A stretch of 64,000 bases of DNA from Psammoneis japonica (lineage: Eukaryota). A program made the position numbers and the translations under genes. The notes under the pieces are model-generated. The model ran no database searches and was not told the origin of the DNA. It saw nothing but the letters and a program-made list of their open reading frames with translations. The stretch is taken from NCBI GenBank assembly GCA_008632985.1, contig QPGO01000162.1, forward strand, positions 62,001-126,000. Reading direction: 5' to 3'. Positions within the stretch are counted from its first letter, which is position 1, and the number at the start of each line of letters is the position of its first letter. Shown piece by piece: positions 37,801-49,546 of the stretch.

Positions 37801-40747
37801 CAACCTTGCTGCAGCCTCTTTCAGCAGACCCTCAACAGCTTCTTGGCAGCAAGGTCCTCCAGAGATCATTTCTTTGCTGTTGTCCACCCAGCTTGTTTGC
37901 CGCAATCCATGGGGACATGAGATGTGCCTTTGGATTCCTGATGACTTCTCAGCCTGCATTCTTGGATTCCTGATGACTTCTCAGCTTTTTCCTTTGAACA
38001 ACACTGCTCCTTTGAGAGTGTTGTGTCATGATTTTTTAGCTTCTGTGTTGGAGTTTCATGGCTTGCTGGTCAGAGCACATTTGGTCTCACCAACCCCAAA
38101 CTTGCCATGTGGCTCACAATCTCAGCCCACACCCCCAAAGCCATTGACCACTGTTGCTGCATCAGCTGGGTGCACAAGCAAAGGCTTTTTTTTGCCTGGT
38201 GTGGGCAGCAGGTTTTGATTGACTCAACTCAAGCAAAGCAAGAGTCAGCACATGAAAGCAACCCCTGCACTCAAAGACAAGGAACAACATGTGAGACAAA
38301 GTGCAACATGCAGACAAAGAGCTTGTGCAGAAACAGAGTGTCCAGCCAGCCACAGTGCCAGTGGCTGCACATGCAGGAAGCAGAGCAAGAAGCCGGGGGG
38401 GGGGGGGGGGGGCATTGTGCGCAAGAGCCCACACAAAGAGGAGGGTGGCACACACTGTGCCTTGAAGAACCAGGTGGAAGGGGTCAACAAAATGCTAAAA
38501 AGGGAAAATTGTGAGACTGTTTTTTGCACCAAAAGCAATGAGAGATGCTCTGCAGCACAACCCAGCAAGAGAGAGCTCTTTCCCCTCCTCCCGGCCTGGC
38601 CAGCCAAGAACCTCCTGGGTCATCTGTGGCCAAGCAGCACCCCCCAAAGTGTTTTCAGCACTCCTTTGGGGTGTGCACCAGTTGCTTCTGAGAGCTGCCT
38701 AACAAAGAAACTGTTTCAACACTTGTGGTCACAATGTCTCCAAACACACAAAATGTTCACAGGGCAGCATCTGAGGTGGCCAGAAATGATCTCCAGCAAG
38801 CACCACCAGGCCCCAAGAAGGTGGGCAGCAGCAGAAGCAGGGCAAGAAAACAAAAGCTTGCTTTTGTGAAGATGGCATTGGCAAAGTCAAGAAGCCACTC
38901 AGAGAGAAGCAAGTCAACTTTGTGCAACCTTGGTGCTTGGTGCCAGGTGGTGGCTCAAGAGTGCACATCATCATGCACAGCCCCTTCTTGCCAGGCACCA
39001 AGAGCAGCAGAGCCACAAGAGCTCAGCCTCTTGCACTGCCAACTCAGAGCACTTTGTGGCAGAGTTGAAAAGCAAAATGCTTTGATCAAAGTGTGTGCAG
39101 AATGTCTGCAGGAACGATGTGGGTGAGACAAGCTTGAAGCAGGCAAGACAACCTTGCTGTGAGAGACACAATGAGGTGGGGGGGGGGGGGGTGATTAAAA
39201 TGACAAAAGGGCAATGTGTGATGACTCTAAAATTGCTCCATTCATGGACAAGCAACAAATTTGCCTTTGACCTTGTTGTGTCCTCCGCCTCATGTGTGCA
39301 GTGTGAAAGTTGTGCCGCACATGAGGTGCAAGGAATTGCTTGAAGGACAACCTTCCACATCAGTGCTGTCATTGTGTGTGGTGTGCCATGCTGTTTGATG
39401 ACCTGCCAAAGCAAAAAATGCAAAGTTGTCATGTTGTTCACAATGGACCTTTTTCATTTCAAGATTTTTGCCTGGGTGCAAACAGGCTGCAAGTGTCAAG
39501 TGGAAATTGCTTGTTTGGGCGGGCAGAATTTTTGAAACACACACATGCATCACAACGACAAGACTGGAAGCAGCCATGCCATGAAGACCAACCACCACCC
39601 TTCCTGCAAAATGTGTTGCATGTGACGCATCTTTGCATTTTACAAAAGAGCACGTGTTGTGGATTTCAGCTTTGTTGTGTCTCATGCAGTCAAAACTGGC
39701 AACAACTCTTGGCATCACTGATGGTGCATTGGACTTGGCATCATTCAGCAAGTCTGCACAAGAGGTGACAGTGATTTCATTGACCCAGGAGTCTGTCAAA
39801 ATCAGGAACACTGTGCCGTTCATGGCTGCTCTTGGTCGTGTCCTCATTTGACAGACAGAAAGAAAAGGGGCAATGCAGCCATGTGATTCTTGGATCTTGG
39901 ACCCAAGTTCCAAGTTTGTGCCATGATGCAATGAAGGCAAACTGTGCCTGCTGCTTGCTGCTGTGAGAATCCAATCAGTGAGGGCATTGGGTGCTCTCAT
40001 TTTGGCTTGTTTTGTCTTCCTCTTGGATGAATCTAGCTGGATGCACTGCAATGTGTCCCTTGGCACCTGCACCGTCACTGCCGGCATTGTGGCAAAGATG
40101 GAAGATTCAGGATTGCAAAGAGTGTTTGGCAGATGGAGAGAAATTTGTGCATCCATTTCTGCCTCCAAAGTGCAATTGGCAAGAGTGCATCAACAAAGTG
40201 AGGAACTTTTTTGCATCTTACAAAAGAATGAGTGCTGTCAATTTCAGCTCCATTGGGTCTAGCGCAGAACTGGCAGAAGCTCTTGGTGTCATGGGATGAG
40301 ATGGCACATCCTTGCATGAGAAAAGAACAAATGGGCAATCAGCACCTGATCAAGAATCCTGTTTTGTGAAGTGCCAGTTGCGCTGTTCACATCACTGCCA
40401 TGGTCTCTTCTCAGGATTGTGGCAATCATGTCATGCATGTTCTCAACAAGGTTCTTGCGTCAACTTTGAAGTTGCAACATCTGTTCATGTCCACAACAAT
40501 TCACAATGCTGATGACAGCAAAACAGTCACGTGGCACTGGCAGTGACCATCGACACACAACAAACTCATCCCCACAATCCACAGATCAAACAACTGATTT
40601 CAGACATCCAGCTTTTCCACCCAGCCTTGACTGGACCCACAGTCAACCTTGTGAGCTTCACACAGACAAGCCTTCTTGCCATGCATTGCCAATGTCTTGG
40701 CACAAAAACACCTGAAGGATCATGCTTGGCAGACAACATTGTTTGTG

Positions 40748-40912
40748 ACTCAAGACAGTCCTCAAGGGTTGTGCCAACTTTTGTCACCACAAAACAGCAA
40801 TTTGCAACTCAAGACAGTCCCCAAGAGTTGCACCCACTTCTGTCACCACAAAACAGTGATTTACAACTCAAGAAAGTCCCCAAGAGTTGTGCCAACTTTT
40901 GTCACTGCAAAA
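40748..40912. repeat. 59-bp tandem repeat, ~2.8 copies
   Basis: ACTCAAGA(C/A)AGTCC starts at 40748, 40807 and 40866. Confidence 0.9.
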
Positions 40913-43900
40913 TGGTGCTCATCATCGGTGTCTTTGTTGTGTGAATGAGTCAACGCAACAAGAGCTTGTCACCAATCTGTGGCTGCTCCAAGCAAGTGTC
41001 AATCATGATTTTTTACCATGAGCCCACACCCTCCATCTTAAACACCTTGCAGTCTACAAAATGACCACATGGAGAATCTCCAGCACATGACAAGTCACAC
41101 CATCATTGCAGAGAAGCCAGAGCACCACACTTGACATTGTCATCCACCAACCCACCAAACAACAGCATGTTTGACTCTTTGGCTTAAACAAATTGAACTC
41201 CACCATTCTTTGGTGGCAAAGCACCATGGGCTGCACAATGTCTTTGTTGTTGTCAGAAAGAGTCAATTCTGAATCCAACAAAATCTCCATTTCTTTTGCC
41301 ATCAGCATTTCTTTGGATGAATGCAAGAGAGACAGATCCATCCAAGGATCTTGTTCCAATCCTTGAAAGCTTCCAATTCAGTCTTGTGATTGATTGGCAC
41401 ATGTGCTTCAATCCAACTTGGACATGGACTGCTGCAAGTCTGCAGCGTTGACACATCCCCCCACAGATGGCCCTCCTTGCATTGGATGTGGCAACCAAGT
41501 CACAGACTCTTCAACCATTGCTGGCAGGTGCGTGCAGAGCCCACACATGCAAAACGCAAGCCATCAGTGTGTGCTGCAGCATTTGATGCATTCCATCCAA
41601 CACACCACACTCCAGAGGCAAGCTCACATCTGCCAAAAATGGCTTCAGCAAAATGCCGCTGTGATGCATGGCTGCTTTGGCAATCTGTCTTCTCTTTGCT
41701 TTTTTTTGATGATGCATTTCTGCATTCTGAAGATGAAATCAACCTTTTGTTGAAGTCAGAATGCTCCCTTTCCTGAATCTTTTAGAAGCCAGATTCATGA
41801 CAAGCTCAAAGCAAGCCATGACACATGCTGGATTGTCTCTGCCCCCAAAGCAAAGGCATCTGTGCTGTGCTTCTTGCACATGCTCCACTCCCCCCCTGTC
41901 TTTCTCAGAGGAACCCCACAAAAAACCAGCTTGATGTCCCACTTGAGAATCAAACACAAAAATGCCACAGACTCACAAAACTTCTGTGCTGAAGGAGCAA
42001 ATTCCCAGTGCAGAATTGCTCACGGTGCCTTGCGGTGCCGAACATTTGAACACATGCCGGGTTTGCAGGCTTTGGAGTTTTTTTTGTGTCTCATCCTCCA
42101 AGGAGCTGCTTCAGCCAGTGAGCAGCCCTTTGATTCCCATTGTGAGCAATGGTGCCTGCCTGTGTGACAGTGTGTTGCATGGCATGAAAAAAACCATGGG
42201 CTGAATGATGCTGTTGCTCTGATCTCTGATGATGGCACAGCAAAAAAAATTGAGATGAAACTCAGCCCAAATTCTGCTTGACACACAGTCTGTCTGTTGA
42301 ACTTAAAATGATGAAGAAAGGTCAATTGTCAGCACATCTAACACTGCAACATTGTCTGTCTGTCCTGCAAAAACTGCCTCCAACCCCAATGTTCTAACAG
42401 TGCCAAAGCAATCACTGTGGTGAGTTGATTCCAAGCAAAGTTGGCAGAGGACAGAAGGCAGGGTGGCAAAGCAAGGGGGTGGGTTGAAGCTTGGGTTGGG
42501 AGCAGAAAGCAAGAAAGGAAGAGCTGAAGAGGAAGTGGTGGAAAAAGAAACCAAGACCACCCAAGTGGCCATTTGTCAGTGAAAGAAGAGAGCACCCACC
42601 ATCATCAAGGGACTGGATGACATGGGAGCCATTGGCAACAGAGGCAGAGGGGCCAAGAAACTTTGATCTCATGCTCAAGTGGTGTGCCTCTGCCAACACT
42701 GGAGCACCAGAGAGGGCAGGCAGAGACCAGGAGGAGGGCAAGCAGGAGCTTTTGGTGCAGTGACATCAAAGGCAATGCAAAAACCAAAGGAGGGGGCAGA
42801 GAGGGAAGCAGGGGGGGGCAATGCTGACACCAGCAGGATGGCAAAAGGGGGAGTGGTTCAGCAGCAGATTTGTGGATTCAAGAAGGTGGACATCGTGGGG
42901 CAAATGGCGCAGCTTGGCAACCCCCCCCCCCCCCCCCCAGGAGAGTTGTGTGTGTGGTGACCAAGATGGCATCACAAGCACTGCTGGAAAGTTCAGCCTT
43001 GTGACTGTGTTGGCAAGCAAAGGCATGATCAACACAGGCATCAAGGGTGACATGGCCACAGGGGCACAGAGCACCAATGAGCAGGTGCGGAGGAAGGGTG
43101 GGGAGGCAGAGCTTGTGCTGAGCAGCGGCAGCACATGCGTTGGAGGCAAGAAGGTGGGGGATGACAGAGAAGCTTCAAGAAAGAAAGTGGAGTGGGATGC
43201 TGGCAAGAGGAGAGAGGCAGGAGCAGCTTGGACATCAGAAGGTGTGTCAGCAAGCGTGGAGGTGGCAATGCACTGCAGATGGGCATGGCAGAGGCAGTGT
43301 GCCAAGCCAGGAATTGCTTCTCGATTTAGAAAAGAGCAGCCAGAGAAGAGAAGCAGGTGAAGAATTGGAGGCAAGAGCAGCTGCCAAGCAACAAAAGAGG
43401 GTGTGCAAGTGAAGACAAGAGCAAGGGTTGTTCCAGGAAGAAAGAGAATGCCAAGAACAGCACGGGAGATCAGCGGAGGCACCAGACGGCAGCTGAACTC
43501 AGCGCGCAGCTCAAAAAGGAAGGAGCAGAGCAAAGCTGCAAGGAAGAAAGGGATGGCAGTGGTGGCAGGATCTCTGAGGCCAATTCTGCCAGGAGAAAGG
43601 CAATGGTGAGGGAGCAGGCAGGGAGGGGGTCAACATGAGTGGTGGTGTGGCAAAGGAGCAGGAGGGGAGAGAGCAGTGGCAAGAAAGTGCAGAGGAAGGG
43701 GGGTAGTCTGCTGTGTGGTGGTGGCATGGTGAAGGAAGCAGTGGATGAAAGCAACAAGGAAGTCTGTAAAGGAGGATCCAAAGGAAGGGGTTGGGTGGGT
43801 TGTCAGGATCGAATTTGCTGCAGCAGAAGTTAGCACCAAGGAGCAGCAGAGTGCTTGAAAAGTTGGGCCTTTGTCTGCTTTTCGTGCAGGTGGGCAAGGA

Positions 43901-44333
43901 GCTTGTCCACTTCAGAGGAGGATGTGGTGGAGAGAAAGGAGTTGGCAAAGGCACAAGAGCCTGAGGTCAGGCCAAGGAAGCAAACACCAGAGAGTTTTCG
44001 TTGCTTCGAATGATGTTCAAAACGCGACTTTCGAGGTCTGAGGTCCAGAAGATAAAAACCGCCGGAGGTCTAACACTTGTTTGAGAAAATCAGCTACAAG
44101 CAGAAATGTGATAGTGGGGCCACCTAGTAGAGCAATTTTGACTTGTGCCGTCGGGCACTTTCAATGTCGAGCAGCAGATATAATTCGCCACGTGAAATTG
44201 GTAAGTTTTAGGAAAATGGTGCTACGCTCAACAATGCTGTAGCTTCCCACAGACCGCCGGGAATGGCAGCTTCCTTTCTCTACTAGCTAGAGCATTGATT
44301 TGACCCGTGGATTCACAATGACTTGCTACCGAG

Positions 44334-46076
44334 TTAAAACAAGCTGTCGGCATGCTCCATCAAAAACTCTCGTAGTCTGGCCAATGCTCGTCCACGATGA
44401 CTAATGGCGTTCTTTTCATCCTTGGTCATTTCTGCGTACGTCTTCTTGTTGCCTTTTGCATCAGCTGCGCTCTCATTGGGTTCAAAGATGGGATCCCATC
44501 CAAAGTCGAGTGAACCACGTGGTCGGACAATGGAGCCTTGGGTTCGTCCCTCAAAGACGTGAATGTTGGTCCCGTCGATGCACAGAGCCATGACGGTTTG
44601 AGCGTATGCTGTTTTATCCTCAAAGCCCACCAGCATGTCATTGAGTCCGTCATGACCGCATTTTTCAAGAAACCATTTAATGTAGATACCGGGCATTCCA
44701 TTCAAGGCGTGAAAACAGAGGGACGTATCTTCAATCAGCACGGCACTCCCAACCTTTTGAAATGCCAATTGGCATTTAGCCTTGGCAACCTCTATAGGAT
44801 CGTGTCCTTGTAGTTCAGGCAAATCAATCTTTTGATTGACAAGATGAAATGGCAATTTGTTGCTACCGTGTGATAGTAGCTTTTGAACTTCTTGTAGCTT
44901 CTTGACATTACCAGTAACAAAGGTAATGGTGTGACTTGGTCTACGCGACGTGGTATCAACAGTGTTGAAAGAGGAGACTACTACTTTGAGCGTGTCGGGT
45001 AACTCTTGTGCGGTAGGATAGGAGGATTGTGCTCCATGTTTTCGTACCGACATGGACGCAACGCCACAAGCCTTGGATGCCGCGTCTGGTAGTGACAGTC
45101 CAGCAGACAAGTAGGTTGCCAAGGATCCGCAAAAGGCGTCCCCGGCACCAACGGTATCCACAACCGGAGTGTCCCGGCACGGCAAATCTGCTGGAGCATC
45201 AACATAAGTTGTTGTGGTTGTACTGGGTGGTGTTGGTGCTGCGTCGGTATCGTTAGAGTTGGTGGTAGCATCACTGTCGGTTTTGGATACAATCATGGCT
45301 CCTCGGGCTCCCAAGGTGACAACGACTGCTTTCTGAATGCCCCGATCCAAGAGTGATTTAGACATGGCTTCTTCATTAGCCCCATCATTATGATCCCCAT
45401 ACAATATCTTCAATTCCGTTTCGTTTGGAACAAGAATATCAACAAGCGGATACAGCTCGCGCTGTAATGTTTGGAGTAGCTTTTCGTCTTGTGGTGCCGG
45501 TGCTGGATTCAAAATGGTAATGGCATTTAGTTGCTTGCCAACTCTGAGTGATTCCAGTGCTGTTTCATAAAGAATTTCCAATTGAACAAGAACGACACGC
45601 GGTTTCAATAGTGGTAGTTTTGATTGCACGTCGTGAGGAGAAAGAGCGTGATTTGCCCCGGGAATCACAATAATCATATTGTCTCCACTTGATTTATCCA
45701 CAACAATCGGTGCCACTCCAGTTGTATAAAGTTCTCTTGACAGTAATGTGGTATCATTATCGTGTTGCGGTGGTGACATGATTGCGTCTTGTCCGTCGTG
45801 GTTTACTCGAGCCATGTCAAAATTGTCTAGAATCGCTCGTCCAAAGCCATCGTTTCCGACTCTGCAAATCATGCTGGTCGGAGAAATGTTCAAATTGGCA
45901 GCCGCAATCGCTTGGTTGGCTCCCTTGCCTCCACAGGATGTTTCGAATCCTTGTCCCAATACTGTTTGTCCCATTATTACCGGTAATGTCGACGTGTAGG
46001 CTACTAAATCCTGATTGGCCGAGCCCACCACGACGACTCCATGCTGCTTCTTCACGTTGTCGTCCGTGGCGGTCAT
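44334..46076 (-). CDS. Ribokinase (PfkB) fused to inosine triphosphate pyrophosphatase (Ham1/ITPA); an upstream in-frame extension is possible
   Basis: Single intronless ORF with GGKGANQA, PNETE and VDTVGAGDAF, then FVTGNVKK, EDTSL, PGIYIKWF, FGWDPIF and SHRGRA. Confidence 0.92.
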   Translation of the reverse strand: MTATDDNVKKQHGVVVVGSANQDLVAYTSTLPVIMGQTVLGQGFETSCGGKGANQAIAAANLNISPTSMICRVGNDGFGRAILDNFDMARVNHDGQDAIMSPPQHDNDTTLLSRELYTTGVAPIVVDKSSGDNMIIVIPGANHALSPHDVQSKLPLLKPRVVLVQLEILYETALESLRVGKQLNAITILNPAPAPQDEKLLQTLQRELYPLVDILVPNETELKILYGDHNDGANEEAMSKSLLDRGIQKAVVVTLGARGAMIVSKTDSDATTNSNDTDAAPTPPSTTTTTYVDAPADLPCRDTPVVDTVGAGDAFCGSLATYLSAGLSLPDAASKACGVASMSVRKHGAQSSYPTAQELPDTLKVVVSSFNTVDTTSRRPSHTITFVTGNVKKLQEVQKLLSHGSNKLPFHLVNQKIDLPELQGHDPIEVAKAKCQLAFQKVGSAVLIEDTSLCFHALNGMPGIYIKWFLEKCGHDGLNDMLVGFEDKTAYAQTVMALCIDGTNIHVFEGRTQGSIVRPRGSLDFGWDPIFEPNESAADAKGNKKTYAEMTKDEKNAISHRGRALARLREFLMEHADSLF

Positions 46077-46682
46077 GGCGTTTGGTTGAAACAGGAAAAT
46101 TCGACAACGTTTTTGGAGAAAAGGGGAGAGTAAAAAAGTGCTTGAAACAATCGTGTGAAGGGATAGAATAAGGAAGCAGAACCACTCGAGCAATAACATG
46201 AATGGGCGGGTGACGGGTGACGGGTGACGATATGATGGGTTGATGGGTGATGGGTTGGATGAGCGTTCCACACATGTTCAAAATGTTGTTTTTGATTCTT
46301 TTTATGATGATGTGTCTGTATGATAGTAGATCTTTCGTTTTGTCTGTGTGGCTGTCTCGAAAGGTGTGTGTTCTCTTTGGATACTTCGACGTCATCACGG
46401 CTTAAGGTCAGAATCTTTGTGTTGGCGCATCATCTCGGATTGACCAATCAGAATTGTTCCTTTGTCGCATTGGATTCCGATGCGATCCTGATCGGAAGAA
46501 ACAACCTGCTGCTTGTGATGTTTGATGTTGTTCCATGTTGATGCTTTATGCCGGAAGACACATCATAACACAACAAAACAAGAACAAAACAACAACAACA
46601 ACAACAACATCACAGCTGTCAAAACATCTGCAGCGTAACGTAATGCAATAATATACTAAAAAGACAAAAGACGACAACAACA

Positions 46683-47408
46683 ATGATTGCAATAATTTGG
46701 GTAATGATTCTCTTCTCCATCGCCGAGACGACTCGTGCTTTCTCGCTGGTACGGCCCGTGACGACGAGAACGCCGGTATGTTTGTGTTCTTCTTCTTCTT
46801 CTTCGAGTGACGCTTCGTTTGACAAGGACGCCGCCGCCTGTTTGCAACAACGCCTCGACAAGATGCGTCTCGAAATTGCCGAAGAGGAATTACGTCTTCC
46901 ACCCAATGCCAAGCTAAGTCCGTGTAATGTGGTGGCAAAACTCATGGAGGGACTTCGCAACTGCGACGATCCTTTACCCGATGCAGGATATAGACGTTTG
47001 TTACGGTCATCGACACGCACTTGGCGAACACGTTGCTATCGAGCCGTCGGGGCTCCTCTGAGTGCTCCCATGGATCTCGTAGCGTCGGCCCTCGGTGATG
47101 CCATGACGAGGCCGTTGAATCATTTTGGAATTCTAGTCAATGACGAGAGTCGAGACTATACCATGGATATTGTGCCTCAAAACTTTATTGTCGACAACAG
47201 CAGGGATAAATCTTGTTGGGTCGAGTGTCAGTTGAAGCGAAACGACGAGTTGTTGGTTACCATTGGAGTGCAACTGTCGAAACGAAACATAGATGGAGCT
47301 TGGTTGATTCATAATGTAGATTGGCAGGATTTCCGGGATGGATACAGACCTGGTATTGGACGAGAAGATTGGATGAGAGACACCATGAAGAGACTCGGAT
47401 GTTTGTAG
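46683..47408 (+). CDS. Hypothetical protein with bipartite plastid-type leader (241 aa)
   Basis: Signal peptide ending TTRA-F, Ser-rich transit region, and C-terminal VDWQDFRDGYRPGIGREDW. Confidence 0.75.
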   Translation: MIAIIWVMILFSIAETTRAFSLVRPVTTRTPVCLCSSSSSSSDASFDKDAAACLQQRLDKMRLEIAEEELRLPPNAKLSPCNVVAKLMEGLRNCDDPLPDAGYRRLLRSSTRTWRTRCYRAVGAPLSAPMDLVASALGDAMTRPLNHFGILVNDESRDYTMDIVPQNFIVDNSRDKSCWVECQLKRNDELLVTIGVQLSKRNIDGAWLIHNVDWQDFRDGYRPGIGREDWMRDTMKRLGCL

Positions 47409-48278
47409 TTGAGAGAGAAATAGTCTAGTTTTAATAAAACTAGACGACAAGTGACGTTTGATTGCTCTATCCAATTCTTTATACAGTACTGTAGGGTGCA
47501 TGGACCTTAGATGCCATGTGTGTAAAGTGCTGATTGGACTAGAGAATGTGAAAGAGAATTCAAATAGAGTGGGTAGTGCAACCGAATCGACATCATAAAA
47601 TATATGAAGCAGAAAACATCGTTCGAGTCACTCTAGTTCGAGTCACGAGTCGAAATGTTCGAACTTATAATATTGACGCGTTGTTGAGTGGGATGGGTGG
47701 ATAAATGCAACGGTACCTACCGTGCAGACGGGACAAGCTGCTTTCTTACTAATGTTGCCACATCTTCTATTGAGACTATGGTTGGTGATTCTTTGGCTGC
47801 AGGTGTGGATCCCCGGCGAAACTCTTTTGGGATATTCACAGCAAATTTGGTTACATCCAAGACTTCTTGTACATTTTCATTGGTGCTTCAAGCTTAGAAC
47901 TGCTCTCTTTGAGGGTCTTCAGAAGATGTAGGACACACACCTCAGAGGCTCCTACAGTACGTAGAGTTGGGAAGGTTACCGGTAGGCCCTAGCTAGCTAG
48001 TATGTACAAGGTTAGCGTGGAGAGCTTTCTGTTCCAGATAGATCGCCGTGTTCGATTCTTTCGACTGCTTACTTCTCTGTCTGACTCAGTTGTCGGTCGT
48101 CGCAAGCTGGAAGCTATCGACAAACGAAACGACACGAACAGAACAAAAAACTGCAAGAGACAAGACTGCTGTACAGTATAACAACAACAAGTACACACTG
48201 CAACGAAACTACCATACTTGCCATACTCACTGTGAGGTAATTGAAGCGCGTGGTTTGGCTGTACTTCATTAGTCGCCA

Positions 48279-49077
48279 ATGGTATCATCGAGCTGTACTC
48301 GAAAGGTGGCTACAAGTGCAATTATGGCCGCGTCTGTGGTAACTGCTGGCGCTGGCCTTTCGACATCTGTTTCGGAACGAATGCTATTGTCACAATCCAT
48401 GAAGGACGCTTCTCTTGGTCCATCCAAGGTGAGTTGTCGACTTAACTGGCCTTGTTCTCTTCTGATCCTCCTCTTCTCAAACCTATCCTTTATTCGCTTT
48501 GTTGCAAAAGCTCATTTCATTATCTTTCTCGGACGACAAGGTGGAGGAAATTGATTTGTTCACCGCTTCCGAGGTATTGTCCAAGCATGCTGGGAAGTAT
48601 GGGACTGTCTGTTTTGTAGTGCGTCGCCCAGGATGATGGTTGTGCCGCGAGGACGGGTTGGATTTGAGCAACCTCGCGGCAGAGAAAGACAGTCCTCTTG
48701 AGGGCTTTGGCATGTTTGGTGTCGTAAAGGAAACGGGAGTTGACGATGAAGGATTGGCTACCTTTCACTCAAAATACTTTAACTTCCCTCTCTATCGCGA
48801 CGAGGACAAGACATTCTATGATGCCCTTGGTGGTCGCAAAGTCGGTATCGCTTCATGGAACCCAATTTCTTGGTTCCGATCCATGAAGAAGATGAGCAAG
48901 AGATTCAAGACCAAAGGTATCGATGGAAACATGAAGGGAGATGGCCTTGTACAAGGAGGTGTCGTCATCTTTGGCAAGGACGGAAATCCCAAATTTGCTT
49001 ATGAAGAGAAGACAGGAACCGAATTGCCTGTTGATGACATTGTTGCTGCAGTCAACGCAGTCCGTGAAACAAAATAG
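48279..49077 (+). CDS. SELENOU: Selenoprotein U (PRXL2A/FAM213A, AhpC/TSA-like) with Sec at TGA 48634-48636; intron 48429-48510
   Basis: Spliced frame reads CFVVRRPG-TGA-WLCRE, a UxxC at the family CxxC site, followed by GDGLVQGGVVIF. A SECIS lies downstream. Confidence 0.88.
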
Positions 49078-49145
49078 ATCGGTACATAGTGTTGAACATA
49101 TCGTGGTGTGAATTGGCAAGAACGCCTGCACAGATGTCCAAAGGT

Positions 49146-49223
49146 GAAAGGCAGTGAGCCTGAATGACAGCGACTAGCACGACCAATTTGTACTAGTCGC
49201 TTGACAGTGGCATCATGCCTTTC
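49146..49223 (+). promoter_or_regulatory. Eukaryotic SECIS element in the 3' UTR of SelU
   Basis: Helix I GAAAGGCA/TGCCTTTC, core ATGAC (49164) opposite TGAC (49202), 12-bp helix II AGCGACTAGCAC/GTACTAGTCGCT with one mismatch, loop GACCAATTT. Confidence 0.85.
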
Positions 49224-49546
49224 TCAAGTGATGATTCTGCCTGAGGCTGAGGCTCCTTCGACCATGCGTAGAAATAATTTGCATAGATTTTAATGCGTTC
49301 TTCACCTACCACCTCATCGTTGGGATCACGTCTGCTGTCTACTACATGGGCTCTGCGCCGATTCTTCCATCCGCCGGTACAATATAATAAGTAGCTACAG
49401 GCGTCGTCTTCCCGGTAACACGGAAGACAACGACCTTCACAATAGATTCAAATACACAACATCTGTTTTGTAAACGACGACAGCTGACTTATGTACCGTA
49501 GTAAATATCTGCTGCTACCTTTTTTCCATAATATTTTTAGCCTAGT

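Larger units (their letters stand above)
33200..44060. mobile_element. ~11-kb nested cluster of decayed TEs, strongly depleted in TpA and CpG
   Basis: Composition, two recognisable Copia relics and short tandem repeats; no host-like genes. Confidence 0.8.

Noticed and set aside
33550..43950. CpG methylation decay as the sole cause of the TG/CA excess
   Set aside because: It cannot remove TpA, and the 52-64 kb block loses TA while keeping CpG.
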